38,740 nucleotides of DNA from Gammaproteobacteria bacterium (GCA_049665685.1 JBATGJ010000151.1:1-38740); one strand, 5' to 3'. Positions 1 through 9,735 are shown, numbered from the stretch's first letter. Made by a program: numbers and translations. Notes: generated by a model from the sequence alone, not told the origin.

Positions 1-1508
1 GTGATCGCACCCCAGCCGCCGACCGAGTGCATCCGCACCGTGATGGAACCCTCGGGGGTCAGATCGGGATTCTCGCTGCCGCGGATCGCGAGGTCCTTGA
101 GGTGCGGGTAGGCATCGAGCAGCTGGCGTTGATAAATCTCCTGTTTGGGGGTGAGGGCTTCGGCATGAATAAAGTCGACAGACAGGTAGTAGAACGGCTT
201 CTGCAGTCCTTCGGGCAGCATGTTTTCCACGGCACCCAGCAGGGCCTCGGGCTGAAGGTCACGGCTGCCGAGGCCGTAACATCCGGAATAGAGACGTGGC
301 ATGTCCTCAAACCGGTAGCGCGCATAGCCCGGCCATGGTGGCTGATTGCCCGTGGCGGCCTGATTTTCCAGGCATTTGGACAACGCCGCCCGCAGCTCGC
401 GGACCACCGGTAAATCTTCCGCCAGGGGTTGATCGACGCGCTCCAGCACGGCGACCGCCTTTTTCCCTTTCAGCAGGTGGCTCAACAGATCGCCGGGGAA
501 AGGGCGGTACATGGTGAGATTAATGACCCCGACCTTGATCCCGCGGGTATCGCGCAGGTAATCGGCCACGGCCTCGGCCTGCACGATCATGCTGCCCTGA
601 CCCAGAATCAGATACTCTGCATCGTCGTCGCGGTAGCCACTGACCCGACGATAGCGGCGACCGGTCAATTGATAATATTCCTCCATGACCTGATCGCTGA
701 GCCCGGCAACATGATCAAAGAAGTAGGGGCGCTGGGCGACCACCGACTGCATGTACGAGTCCTGGTTCTCGACCGGTCCCGCGAGCACAGGATTGTCCAC
801 CGTCCATAATTCGGGGATTCTGCGTCGGGTGTCACCATAGAGCAGGCGCTGGGCCGGTGTCGGGCAATCGATAATATCATCCGGCCGGCCGAGGAACTCC
901 TCGATCAATTCACGTTCCGGCACCTGCAGTGGCTCGATCAGATGCGTGGTCAGAAAACCATCCTGGGCGATCGCGCCCGGGGTCAGCGAGAGTTCGGCAA
1001 TCTTGCGGGTAATCAGGTTGAGGTCCGCGGCTTCCTGCGCATCCTTTGCCATCAACTGCGAAAAACCCGTGTCATCGATGCAATGGTAATCATCGTGACC
1101 GCAATGCACATTCAGGCTGGATTTGGTCATTGCACGGCAGCCAATGTTCAGTACGTAGGGCAGTCGTTTGCCGACGGCCGCGTAGAGCGACTCGTGCATG
1201 TAGGCGATGCCCTGGGCCGAGGAGAAGTTGCTGGCGCGTAAGCCTGACATGGACATTCCGGCTGTCACCGCCGCTGCGGCATGTTCACCCTCGGGCTCGA
1301 CAAAGATCAGCGGCCGACCGGAGATGTTCACATGGCCCCTGGCGGCTTCCTCCGCCCAGTACTCGCCCATTTGTGTCGAGGGTGTAATGGGGTAGGCGCC
1401 GGCTGCATCGGAAGACTCCCGCTCGCACATGATGACGGCGGTATTACCATCCATCGCCATGCGTTTGCCGGGAAACCTGAACTGGTGCGGTGCTTTCTTT
1501 TTGGACAT
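1..1508 (-). CDS. Pyruvate/2-oxoacid:ferredoxin (flavodoxin) oxidoreductase, fused multidomain type, N-terminal ~500 aa (partial, continues past window start)
   Basis: Absent from the ORF track because it has no stop in the window. Hand translation from the ATG at 1508-1506 gives MSKKKAPHQFRFPGKRMAMDGNTAVIMCERESSDAAGAYPITPST..., which contains the classic GAYPITPS motif of the PFOR/OFOR alpha domain. The frame stays open to position 3 and ends ...RMHSVGGWGAI, which looks like the start of the gamma domain. The + strand ORFs in 27-1400 are antisense artefacts. Confidence 0.85.
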   Translation of the reverse strand, partial: MSKKKAPHQFRFPGKRMAMDGNTAVIMCERESSDAAGAYPITPSTQMGEYWAEEAARGHVNISGRPLIFVEPEGEHAAAAVTAGMSMSGLRASNFSSAQGIAYMHESLYAAVGKRLPYVLNIGCRAMTKSSLNVHCGHDDYHCIDDTGFSQLMAKDAQEAADLNLITRKIAELSLTPGAIAQDGFLTTHLIEPLQVPERELIEEFLGRPDDIIDCPTPAQRLLYGDTRRRIPELWTVDNPVLAGPVENQDSYMQSVVAQRPYFFDHVAGLSDQVMEEYYQLTGRRYRRVSGYRDDDAEYLILGQGSMIVQAEAVADYLRDTRGIKVGVINLTMYRPFPGDLLSHLLKGKKAVAVLERVDQPLAEDLPVVRELRAALSKCLENQAATGNQPPWPGYARYRFEDMPRLYSGCYGLGSRDLQPEALLGAVENMLPEGLQKPFYYLSVDFIHAEALTPKQEIYQRQLLDAYPHLKDLAIRGSENPDLTPEGSITVRMHSVGGWGAI

Positions 1509-1587
1509 AGTCAGTTGACTCTCTGGTATGTGTGCGATGCTTCCACAGGCAAGACCCGAAATCGATCACGCTCCCGCCTGCGGAGCA

Positions 1588-2463
1588 TCAGCCGGTCGGA
1601 AGCGGACTCTTGCGAATAATTTTTTTTGCCTCTTTACCCTTGTCGACTGCCGCGTGGTCTCTCAACCAGACGATCGCGCCGGTCGGGCATCGTTGGATAG
1701 CAAGTTGTGATGCCAGTCTGTTTTTTGTGTAGTCGATGACTGCCAGATCATTCGAGATGACAATCAATCCCTCCGGTGAATCCGCCGCACAGCGTCCACA
1801 GCCGGTACACACGACAGCACACTCCGCTTCCGCTTCATCACCCTTTTCCTGGTTTTTACAGGCCACCCACAAGTGGTGATCGATCGGGTGCAGGGAAAAG
1901 AGATCTCTGGGGCAGATATCCACGCAGTCCCCGCACGCGGTACATTGGTCTTCATCGACGACGGGCAGGCCGTGAATGTCCATGACAATGGCATCAAAAT
2001 CACAGACCCGTTCGCAATCGCCCAGACCGAGGCATCCCCAGGTGCACTCCCGTCCGCCACCGGCCACCAGGGCAGCCGCACGACACCCTGCCAGTCCGGT
2101 GTAGCTTGCCCGCGTCTTGGCGACGTGATTGCCACCCGCACAGGCCAGTCGGGCCACACGCTTCACTTCTGCGCCCAGGTCGACACCGAGGAAGTCTGCG
2201 ATGACCTGATTCATTTCTTTCGAGTTGACCGTACATTTGCCCGGTTGCAACTCACCCGTGACGAGTTTTTCGGCAAAGGCACGACAACCGGCGGTACCGC
2301 AAGCCCCACAGTTCGCATGGGGCAGGAGTTCCTCAACCTGATCGATGCGCGGATCCTCATAAACGAACAGTCGTTTGTTGGCCATCGCCAGAATGAGCGC
2401 CAGACACAACCCGAGGGCTGTCATGAATACAACAGCTATGGTCAGGCTACTCAGGACAGTCAC
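1588..2463 (-). CDS. RnfB-like membrane-anchored polyferredoxin (Fe-S cluster protein)
   Basis: 291 aa. N-terminal TM helix, then LPHANCGACGTAGCRAFAEKL (RnfB-type N-terminal Cys cluster). Also has CTACGDCVDICP and CTGCGRC 4Fe-4S ferredoxin motifs. Ends 79 nt upstream of the PFOR start on the same strand. Confidence 0.8.
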   Translation of the reverse strand: MTVLSSLTIAVVFMTALGLCLALILAMANKRLFVYEDPRIDQVEELLPHANCGACGTAGCRAFAEKLVTGELQPGKCTVNSKEMNQVIADFLGVDLGAEVKRVARLACAGGNHVAKTRASYTGLAGCRAAALVAGGGRECTWGCLGLGDCERVCDFDAIVMDIHGLPVVDEDQCTACGDCVDICPRDLFSLHPIDHHLWVACKNQEKGDEAEAECAVVCTGCGRCAADSPEGLIVISNDLAVIDYTKNRLASQLAIQRCPTGAIVWLRDHAAVDKGKEAKKIIRKSPLPTG

Positions 2464-2742
2464 GTCATCCTTCGATCCGGCATCCGGCTACCGATCCGGA
2501 CATGGTTGCAAACTTGCAGGAAGCATAACCCACGAATTTCGGCAGATCTATCGTGGCAAGTGGCCTTCGCGTCCGAATTCCCGTGATTCGGCTACCGCCA
2601 CACTGCCGATGAGCGCCCACTGATCCTGATCCCGGGCAAACATTCTTGCCTGGACATGGCCACCGCCATACTGACGGCGTGGAATAGCCTGTCGAACGAC
2701 AAGGTGCTGTCCCATCCACCCGCACCGGCCCTACTTGCTGAC

Positions 2743-3891
2743 TCAACGCTTGGCCGCCTGCGTTCGCCCGGAGCCGGCATGTGGCTCGTGCAGAAATCGC
2801 CCGATGCTGAACGGCGTGATCGGCAGCTCGGTGTGCCCATCGAGGATCAGTTCGGACAGGATCCGGCCCACGACCGGAGAGAGCTGGAAGCCGTGTGCGG
2901 AAAACCCGAAGGCATGGAAAACACCGCTGGCTCGTCCGCTGGGTCCAATCACCGGCAGGTGATCCGGCATGAAGGCCTCCAGACCGGCCCATGCCCGTAC
3001 GATGTGCGCATCCCGCAAGTGCGGGAACAATTCCATCACCGAGCGGCTGCTCTCGCTGAGTTTGCTGAAGTCGATCGCCGTGGTCTCGGTTTCCAGGTCA
3101 TGGCGGGCCAGGTGTCCGCCCCCGATGAGCACCGTGCCGTTGTGCATCTGCTTGAAAGAGAGTGTGCGGGAGGCCGCGCCGACAACCGGATCCAGGAAGT
3201 GCGGCAGACGTTCTGTCACCATCATCATGGGTGCACCGGCTTTAACGGTGACCGGTTCCCCGAGCAGGCGGCACAACCATTCCGACCAGGCGCCGGAACA
3301 GTTGACCAGCACCGGCGCGCTGCAGCGTGCACTGTCACTAACCACATGCCAGTCGTCGCCCTCGTGTATAACCTCGTGGACCCGGCTGCCCGTAAGGTAC
3401 TGTACGCCCAGTGACTCGGCCTTGTGGCGAAATGCAGTGAGTGCATGAAACGGGCGGGCAAAGCCATCGTCGCGTGTGTACAGTGCACCGACACAGTGCG
3501 GTGCCAGGCAGGGCACCAGTTGATACAGCTGTTCACGGTCGATGACGTTTTCGTGCTCATAACCCAGGGAACGCACCAGGGCAGCGCGTTCCTCCAGCAG
3601 GCGCAGGTCGGTTTCGTTTTCCGCCACCCGCACCTGTCCGCTCAGCTTGACATCGCAATCGCTGTCGACCAGCGAGCGAATATCGCGCCATACCCGCGCC
3701 GCCGCGACCGCCAGCGGAATTTCGGCCGGATGGCGGTTAAGCTGCCGCAGCCCCCCGGCATTGACCCCCGATGCGTGGCGGCCGGGGCTGTCCTTCTCCA
3801 TTACGATCACACGCTGTCCGCGCATGGCCAGGTGCAGCGCGGTGGACGAACCCATCAAGCCACCGCCAACCACCACCACATCCGCCTTCAT
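2743..3891 (-). CDS. FAD-dependent oxidoreductase, HcnC / opine oxidase B / D-hydroxyproline dehydrogenase beta-like subunit
   Basis: 382 aa. N-terminal DVVVVGGGLMGSSTALHLA dinucleotide-binding motif with DAO-family architecture. Its ATG overlaps the upstream stop in an ATGA at 3888-3891. Confidence 0.8.
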   Translation of the reverse strand: MKADVVVVGGGLMGSSTALHLAMRGQRVIVMEKDSPGRHASGVNAGGLRQLNRHPAEIPLAVAAARVWRDIRSLVDSDCDVKLSGQVRVAENETDLRLLEERAALVRSLGYEHENVIDREQLYQLVPCLAPHCVGALYTRDDGFARPFHALTAFRHKAESLGVQYLTGSRVHEVIHEGDDWHVVSDSARCSAPVLVNCSGAWSEWLCRLLGEPVTVKAGAPMMMVTERLPHFLDPVVGAASRTLSFKQMHNGTVLIGGGHLARHDLETETTAIDFSKLSESSRSVMELFPHLRDAHIVRAWAGLEAFMPDHLPVIGPSGRASGVFHAFGFSAHGFQLSPVVGRILSELILDGHTELPITPFSIGRFLHEPHAGSGRTQAAKR

Positions 3892-5285
3892 CCTGCACCG
3901 TCCATGGTGTCCAGCGCAGACAGCTCGCCAATGCTGAGGGGTCGCAGCGGTGGGCGTACCCGGAAGGGGGCAACCTCATGCAGCGGCCGGTTGCAGGCCG
4001 CCGCCACCAGGTTGGCAACGGGCTGCCCGCACTGCCGGCCCTGACAGGGCCCCATGCCGCAGCGGGTAATAAACTTGACCTGGTTTGGATCGCGGTGTCC
4101 GGCGCGCACCGCGGCACGCACCTCACCCGCGGTGATTTCTTCACAGCGACATACCAGTGTGTCATCGGCGATGCCCGTCAACAGACTGTCCGGCAGTCGA
4201 TGCAGGCTTTCGAGAAACGGACGAATCCAGAGATCGTCACGCAGCCACTTCTGATCCTCCGCGGCCAGCCTGTCACGGGTAGATTCATCGATGCGACCCG
4301 CAGCACGCGCTGCCTCCAGGCCGGCCAGGCGCCCGGCATGAACCGCGGCAACGGCACCGCCAATGATGGCACTGTCACCGATGACGGCGATGCCGTCCAC
4401 ACTGGTGTTGCCCCAGGCATCCACCCGGGGACGCCAGCACTGCTGCCCAGTATCCCACGCGTGACGGCAACCGGCCGCTTCCGTGAGCTGAATACCCGGC
4501 ACCAGACCGAAGTGGACCAGCAGATGGGTCGTCTCGAGCACGCGCTCCCGGCGACCGGTCCGAAAGGTCACGGCCTCGAGCCGGTCGGTGCCGATCGCGC
4601 GCAGGTCGGATATGCCGTAGGACACCCTGATGCCGGCGCGCCGCAGTGCCAGCAGATACTTTAGACCACGGGTCAGGTAGTGTCCGGCCCGCAGCGCAGC
4701 CGGCAGCCGCAGCCCCGCGCGCCACAGGTTGTGGCGGGGCGAGAGTTCCAGCACTGCCTGCACCGCGACCCCGGCCCGCATATACTGCCAGGCAAGCAGG
4801 ATAAGCAGCGGCCCGGTGCCGGCAATAACCACGCCATCCGCTGGCACCAGACCGGAAGATTTGAGCAGGATCTGGGCACCGCCGACATTCATGACCCCGG
4901 GCAGCGTCCAGCCGGGGAAGGGTACCGGACGTTCCATGGCACCGCTTGCGATCAGCACACGACTGGCAGTGATTTGACTGGCGCGGCCCTGGTGTAACAC
5001 GCCGAGTTCACACGCCGGCCCGAGTGACCAGACCGCAGTGTTTGGCTGATAGCTGGCGCCACTGCGTAAAAATGTCTCCACCTGTTCTGCACCGCGCCGG
5101 TAGTCACTGCCCAGCAGCGCGAGACGCGCCGGCCCGGCCTGAACGATCCCCCTGAAGATCTGCCCGCCAGGCGCTGGCTGCTCATCCAGGACCAGGGTAT
5201 CCACACCCAGCCCGGCCGCCGTGCTCGCGGCCGCCATGCCGGCGGCTCCGGCACCGATGATGACAAGTTCGTGCGCTGTACTCAT
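3888..5285 (-). CDS. FAD/NAD(P)-binding oxidoreductase with BFD-like [2Fe-2S] domain, HcnB / OoxA-like subunit
   Basis: The ORF track gives 3888..5414. I start it at the internal Met 44 (MSTAHELVIIGAGAAGMAAA), where the ATG at 5285-5283 overlaps the stop of the upstream 2Fe-2S gene (ATGA). BFD-like motif present: LVCRCEEITAGEV...TRCGMGPCQGRQC. Confidence 0.8.
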   Translation of the reverse strand: MSTAHELVIIGAGAAGMAAASTAAGLGVDTLVLDEQPAPGGQIFRGIVQAGPARLALLGSDYRRGAEQVETFLRSGASYQPNTAVWSLGPACELGVLHQGRASQITASRVLIASGAMERPVPFPGWTLPGVMNVGGAQILLKSSGLVPADGVVIAGTGPLLILLAWQYMRAGVAVQAVLELSPRHNLWRAGLRLPAALRAGHYLTRGLKYLLALRRAGIRVSYGISDLRAIGTDRLEAVTFRTGRRERVLETTHLLVHFGLVPGIQLTEAAGCRHAWDTGQQCWRPRVDAWGNTSVDGIAVIGDSAIIGGAVAAVHAGRLAGLEAARAAGRIDESTRDRLAAEDQKWLRDDLWIRPFLESLHRLPDSLLTGIADDTLVCRCEEITAGEVRAAVRAGHRDPNQVKFITRCGMGPCQGRQCGQPVANLVAAACNRPLHEVAPFRVRPPLRPLSIGELSALDTMDGAG

Positions 5286-5578
5286 GCTGCGGGGTCGCCC
5301 ACACCGTACTGGCGGCGGATGCGCATACCCTCGGCGACCTGGATCTGGCAGGCCTGTTGGTTGGGAATGCCATCGATCTCCATCAGGCACTCGAAGCACA
5401 CGCCCATCATGCACAGGGGTGCCCGAGGTGCCCCGGAAACCGCGCTGGTGCGGGTCGGCACCAGATCCATGGCCAGCACCACGGCCGCCACCGTGTCGCC
5501 GACCGGTACCTGGACGTCATTACCCTCGACATTAACGGTAACGACCTCGCCCGTAGGAGCTTGCAAACGCCTGAACAT
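5282..5578 (-). CDS. Small (2Fe-2S)-binding subunit, HcnA-like
   Basis: 98 aa with PLCMMGVCFECLMEIDG, a Cys cluster typical of HcnA and the sarcosine-oxidase-alpha N-terminus. Gene order and sizes (98/465/382 aa) mirror HcnA/B/C. Confidence 0.75.
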   Translation of the reverse strand: MFRRLQAPTGEVVTVNVEGNDVQVPVGDTVAAVVLAMDLVPTRTSAVSGAPRAPLCMMGVCFECLMEIDGIPNQQACQIQVAEGMRIRRQYGVGDPAA

Positions 5579-5593
5579 GGTTATCGGTGAGAC

Positions 5594-6655
5594 CTAGAGG
5601 CGGGCCTTCTGAATGATGTCGGTGTGCTCAAAGATCATGCTTTGCTGTAAGTCCAGTATGCGTCCGGCATGGGCAGATACGGCGCGCCGATACATGGCCA
5701 GACCGATGGCGACGTCGATATAGGCGAGGCCAACGGCGTTGAAGTAGATGCGCTCCGTATCCGATTCCCGGCCCGGCTTGTGCCCCGACACCAGCTCATG
5801 CAGGTCGGCATGGATATCGTGTGCGCTGATCAGGCCTTCATTGTACATCCGGCTCAGGGTCTGGGTACGGTGTGTCACGGTTTCCCAATCATCACAGACA
5901 ATCTTGTCCGCCTGCCTGGCCACGTCATATTCATCCTCCCAGCCGCCGATATGGCTGTAGAAGGCGCCGGGCTTCACCCAGTCCGCCTTCAGCAGGGGTG
6001 CCTGTGCACTGGTGGCCGTGACCAGGATGTCGGCGGTTTGCATCGCCTCACGGGCGTTGGTGGCCGTGGCGATGAACTCCATATCCGGGAAGAGGGGTAC
6101 GAGCTCCGCAATAAACTTTTCCTCTTCGGCCAGGGTACTGGACGCCACCCGGCACTGCCTGAGACTTGGGCGCACCACCTTCATGGCAATGAGGTGCATC
6201 TTGGCCTGCTCGCCCGCCCCGATGAAGCCGATGGTCTCTGCATCCTGGCGCGCGAGGTGCCGGGCCGCGATCCCGCCCATGGCCGCGACCCGCATATTCG
6301 AGGCCAGCGTGCCCTCCATGACGGCGATGGGAAAGCCCTGTTCGATCTCGGAAAGCACCATGATGGCCGTCAGGTTCTGCGTATCATGGCGTTTTGGATT
6401 CTCGGGAAAGACCGATACCCATTTCACCCCGCAGACCTTGTCCTTCAGCAGGGTCGCCGGCAGACAGTTGATGCGCTCCTGACTGGCCTGATTGAAGATC
6501 TGCACGATCTTCTCAGGAAACAGCACCTCGCCCGCCTCAAAGGCCAGCATGGCCTTCTCGGCGGTTTCCATGGCCATGCGAATATCAAAACAGCCTGCAT
6601 CCAATAGATCCTCCTGGGAGAGGTAGGTAAAGCTCACCTGATGCTTGTTATTCAT
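5594..6655 (-). CDS. Ornithine cyclodeaminase / mu-crystallin family enzyme (possible ketimine or pyrroline-2-carboxylate reductase)
   Basis: 353 aa with a Rossmann motif (IGFIGAGEQAKMH) and the overall OCD/mu-crystallin layout. Lies 15 nt upstream of the 2Fe-2S gene on the same strand. Confidence 0.7.
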   Translation of the reverse strand: MNNKHQVSFTYLSQEDLLDAGCFDIRMAMETAEKAMLAFEAGEVLFPEKIVQIFNQASQERINCLPATLLKDKVCGVKWVSVFPENPKRHDTQNLTAIMVLSEIEQGFPIAVMEGTLASNMRVAAMGGIAARHLARQDAETIGFIGAGEQAKMHLIAMKVVRPSLRQCRVASSTLAEEEKFIAELVPLFPDMEFIATATNAREAMQTADILVTATSAQAPLLKADWVKPGAFYSHIGGWEDEYDVARQADKIVCDDWETVTHRTQTLSRMYNEGLISAHDIHADLHELVSGHKPGRESDTERIYFNAVGLAYIDVAIGLAMYRRAVSAHAGRILDLQQSMIFEHTDIIQKARL

Positions 6656-6912
6656 GGGATCGGGTCCTTATCCTGGTGGTGGAACAGGGCAATTCTAAAC
6701 CATCACCCCGGGATCGAGGCATTGCCACACTGCTTCAGGCAATTTGCCTGGCCGGCGCCCAACAGAGACAGGGAAGAGCCTGCTGGCGGCCGACCTGGCC
6801 GGCAGGCACGGGATGCGGGCAAGGCTGCCGGAGTTGAGCCGCGTCAAGTCCGGGCTCTCTAAAATCGGTATACTTGCTGCTGGAAAGTTATTTATTTCAT
6901 TCACATAGCCCG

Positions 6913-9735
6913 ATGAGTTTACCTGTTCCTGTTATTACCCGCCGGCTCGGCAAACTGCTCACTGTTGTTTTTCTGCTGTTTGCGCTGATGGTGGTCAACT
7001 CGGTCTACCTGGCCGCAATCACCTTGCTGGAGGCTACCACCGGCGCGCTCTATCAGGACTATTTTTACCTGCTGATGTTCCTGCTGCACCTGGTGGTGGG
7101 CCTGCTCATCATACTACCGGTAATCCTGTTCGGCCTTGGCCATATGCGGCGTGCCTTGCAACTGCCGAATCGCTACGCGATTCGCGCCGGTCTTGGTCTG
7201 TTCGGCATGGCGCTGGTGTTGCTGGTGACCGGGCTGCTGCTCACCCGCTTCGGCTTTCTCGAGATCAACCACCCGGTGGTACGGCAAACGCTCTACTGGA
7301 TCCACGTCATCAGTCCGCTGCTGGTCGCCTGGCTGTTCGTACTGCATCGCCTGGCCGGCCCGGCCATCCGCTGGCGGTCCGGCCTGCACTGGGCGGCACT
7401 GGCGGCCGGCTTTGCGGCCGTCATGGTCGTGCTGCAGACCGGGGTGACCGGCCAGGAGCAGGTGCCCGTCGCAACCGACTTTGCACCCTCGCGCGCCCTG
7501 CTGGCCAGCAGCGAGAGCATACCGCCGGCACACCTGATGACAGACGAGGTCTGTGCCGAGTGTCATGCCGACATCGCACAGACACATGCGCACAGCATGC
7601 ATCGCTTCAGTTCCATGAATAACCCGGCCTACAAATTCAGTGTCGAGGAAACCCGCCGCGTGGTCCTGGAACGCGACGGCAACGTCACGGCCTCGCGCTT
7701 CTGTGCTGCCTGCCATGACCCGGTACCGCTATTCAGCGGCCGCTTCGATGCCGTCGATTTTGACATGGACAACGATCCAACCGGCCAGGCGGGCATTACC
7801 TGCATGAGCTGCCATGCGATGACAAGCGTAAACAGCACGCGCGGCAACGGCGATTACACCCTGACCGATCCGCCGCGCTATCCCTTTGCCCACAGCGAAT
7901 CGGCGTTGCTGGCCGAAATCAATCAGCTGCTGATTCGTGCCAAGCCCGCCTACCACAAGAAAACACTGCTGAAACCGTTTCACCGCTCAGCCGAATTCTG
8001 CTCGACCTGTCACAAGGTCAGCCTTGACACGGCGGTCAATAACTATCGCTGGTTGCGCGGGCAGAACCATTACGACAGTTTCCTGCAAAGCGGCGTGGCC
8101 GGTCACCGGGTCGACAGTTTTTACTACCCGGAGCAGGCGGTTGAACGCTGCAGCAAGTGTCACATGCCGGTGCAGGCCTCAGACGACCCGGCCGCACGCG
8201 ATTTCACCGACACCGGTGTGCGTGGCATACACAGTCACCTGTTCCCCGCCGCCAACACCGGCGTCGCCCACCTGCTGGGTCTGCCGGAAGAGGTCATTGC
8301 CGCCCACCAGGACCGTCTCACTGATGTGACCCGAATCGATATCTTCGCGATCAAGGAAGACGGGCGGATCGATGGCACGCTGCATGCGCCGCTGCGTCCA
8401 TCCCTGCCCGTGCTGGAGCCCGGCGGGCGCTACCTGGTGGAGATCGTGCTGCGTACCACCGGAGTCGGTCATCACCTGACCGAGGGTACAGCGGATTCGA
8501 ACCAGCTGTGGGTGGAGCTCACGGCGCGCAGCGGTGATGCGCTGCTGGGACACAGTGGCGCGATGGACACAAGCGGGCAGGTCGACCCCTGGTCCTACTT
8601 CGTCAACAGCTATGTGCTGGATCGCAATGGCCAGCGCATCGACCGGCGCAACGCCCAGGATGTGTTCATTGCCCTGTATAACCACCAGATACCGCCCGGT
8701 GCGGCCACGGTCGTGCATTACCAGCTGGACGTGCCCGCTGAAATCAGCGGGCCGGTGACGCTGGAGGCACACCTGAAATACCGCAAGTTCGATTCCACCT
8801 ACCTGCGCCACATTCAGGGTGATGACTTCCGCTGCAACGATCTGCCCGTGACCCTGATGGCGTACGACCGGGTCACACTGCCGGTGGCGGGCAGGGCAAC
8901 AGTCCCGGTCGAAACCGCGCTGCCCGTCGATGTTGCCGAGCGCTGGAACGACTATGGCATCGGTCTGCTGCGCGAGGGCGGCGGTGGCAGCGGCAAGGGT
9001 GAACTGCGCCAGGCCGAACATGCCTTCCGGCAGGTCGAGCGACTGGGCCGGAGTGACGGTGCACTCAACCAGGCACGCGTATTCTTCCGCGAAGGGCGCC
9101 TGGATGCGGCTGCAGAGGCCCTCAAGCGTGCCGGACAGGGTGACCGGCCGGCCGTACCCTGGACCATTGCCTGGTTCACTGCCCTCATTGACCGGCAAAA
9201 CGGGCACCTCGTCGAGGCCATCGAGACACTGGAAACGATTGTCAACAACCGCTTCAACGAGGCACAGCGCCGCCATTTCGATTTCTCCCGGGATGTCCGG
9301 GTACTGAATGCACTGGGACGCAGTCTGTATGAACGTGCACGCCAGTTGCGCGGGCAGGATATGCAGTCAACCCGCGATCAGCTGCTTGGACAGGCGCGCG
9401 ACTGGCTCCACAAGACGCTGGTCATCGACCCGGAAAATGCAGCAGCGCATTTCAACCTGTCACAGGTCTATGCACGCCTGGGTGACGAGACACTTGCGGC
9501 CAGCCACCGGCAGTTACACGAACAGTACCGACCGGACGACTCGGCTATCGAGCAGGCCGTTACCCGCCACCGCAGCGAAAATCCGGCCGCGAATCATGCA
9601 GCCAGTGATGTGGCGATTTACCCATTGGCACGGGAACTGGCGGCAGACGGCCGGCTTGCCGATGCGCCGCACAGCTGCCGGGAGCCGGACCTGACGCATG
9701 TCAAGTCGGGTCAGGGGCCAACGGCAGTAAACTAG
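6913..9735 (+). CDS. Membrane-anchored pentaheme c-type cytochrome fused to a C-terminal TPR domain
   Basis: The ORF opens at a TTG at 6874; the first ATG is 6913 (MSLPVPVITRR). About five N-terminal TM helices are followed by five CXXCH motifs: CAECH, CAACH, CMSCH, CSTCH, CSKCH. The C-terminal ~250 aa look like TPR repeats (AAHFNLSQVYARLGD). Confidence 0.85.
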   Translation: MSLPVPVITRRLGKLLTVVFLLFALMVVNSVYLAAITLLEATTGALYQDYFYLLMFLLHLVVGLLIILPVILFGLGHMRRALQLPNRYAIRAGLGLFGMALVLLVTGLLLTRFGFLEINHPVVRQTLYWIHVISPLLVAWLFVLHRLAGPAIRWRSGLHWAALAAGFAAVMVVLQTGVTGQEQVPVATDFAPSRALLASSESIPPAHLMTDEVCAECHADIAQTHAHSMHRFSSMNNPAYKFSVEETRRVVLERDGNVTASRFCAACHDPVPLFSGRFDAVDFDMDNDPTGQAGITCMSCHAMTSVNSTRGNGDYTLTDPPRYPFAHSESALLAEINQLLIRAKPAYHKKTLLKPFHRSAEFCSTCHKVSLDTAVNNYRWLRGQNHYDSFLQSGVAGHRVDSFYYPEQAVERCSKCHMPVQASDDPAARDFTDTGVRGIHSHLFPAANTGVAHLLGLPEEVIAAHQDRLTDVTRIDIFAIKEDGRIDGTLHAPLRPSLPVLEPGGRYLVEIVLRTTGVGHHLTEGTADSNQLWVELTARSGDALLGHSGAMDTSGQVDPWSYFVNSYVLDRNGQRIDRRNAQDVFIALYNHQIPPGAATVVHYQLDVPAEISGPVTLEAHLKYRKFDSTYLRHIQGDDFRCNDLPVTLMAYDRVTLPVAGRATVPVETALPVDVAERWNDYGIGLLREGGGGSGKGELRQAEHAFRQVERLGRSDGALNQARVFFREGRLDAAAEALKRAGQGDRPAVPWTIAWFTALIDRQNGHLVEAIETLETIVNNRFNEAQRRHFDFSRDVRVLNALGRSLYERARQLRGQDMQSTRDQLLGQARDWLHKTLVIDPENAAAHFNLSQVYARLGDETLAASHRQLHEQYRPDDSAIEQAVTRHRSENPAANHAASDVAIYPLARELAADGRLADAPHSCREPDLTHVKSGQGPTAVN

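Noticed and set aside
5286-5414. N-terminal extensions offered by the ORF track for several genes: 5414 for the HcnB-like gene, 16723 for DUF3570, 21701, 28794, 30628, 35146, 14855 and 6874.
   Set aside because: The extensions overlap upstream genes or lack signal peptides. Internal ATGs give coupled ATGA junctions, RBS-like sequences or proper signal/lipobox N-termini. Starts remain predictions.
2743-5578. Calling the three-gene set hydrogen cyanide synthase (hcnABC).
   Set aside because: The layout fits, but the same architecture is shared by opine oxidases and D-hydroxyproline dehydrogenase, and the linked OCD-family gene argues against cyanogenesis. This cannot be decided from sequence reading alone.
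6874-6912. A Fur-box-like AT-rich stretch (gaaagttatttatttcattcac) just before the cytochrome gene start.
   Set aside because: The match to the 19-bp Fur consensus is poor by eye. The AT-richness is equally explained by a promoter or RBS region.
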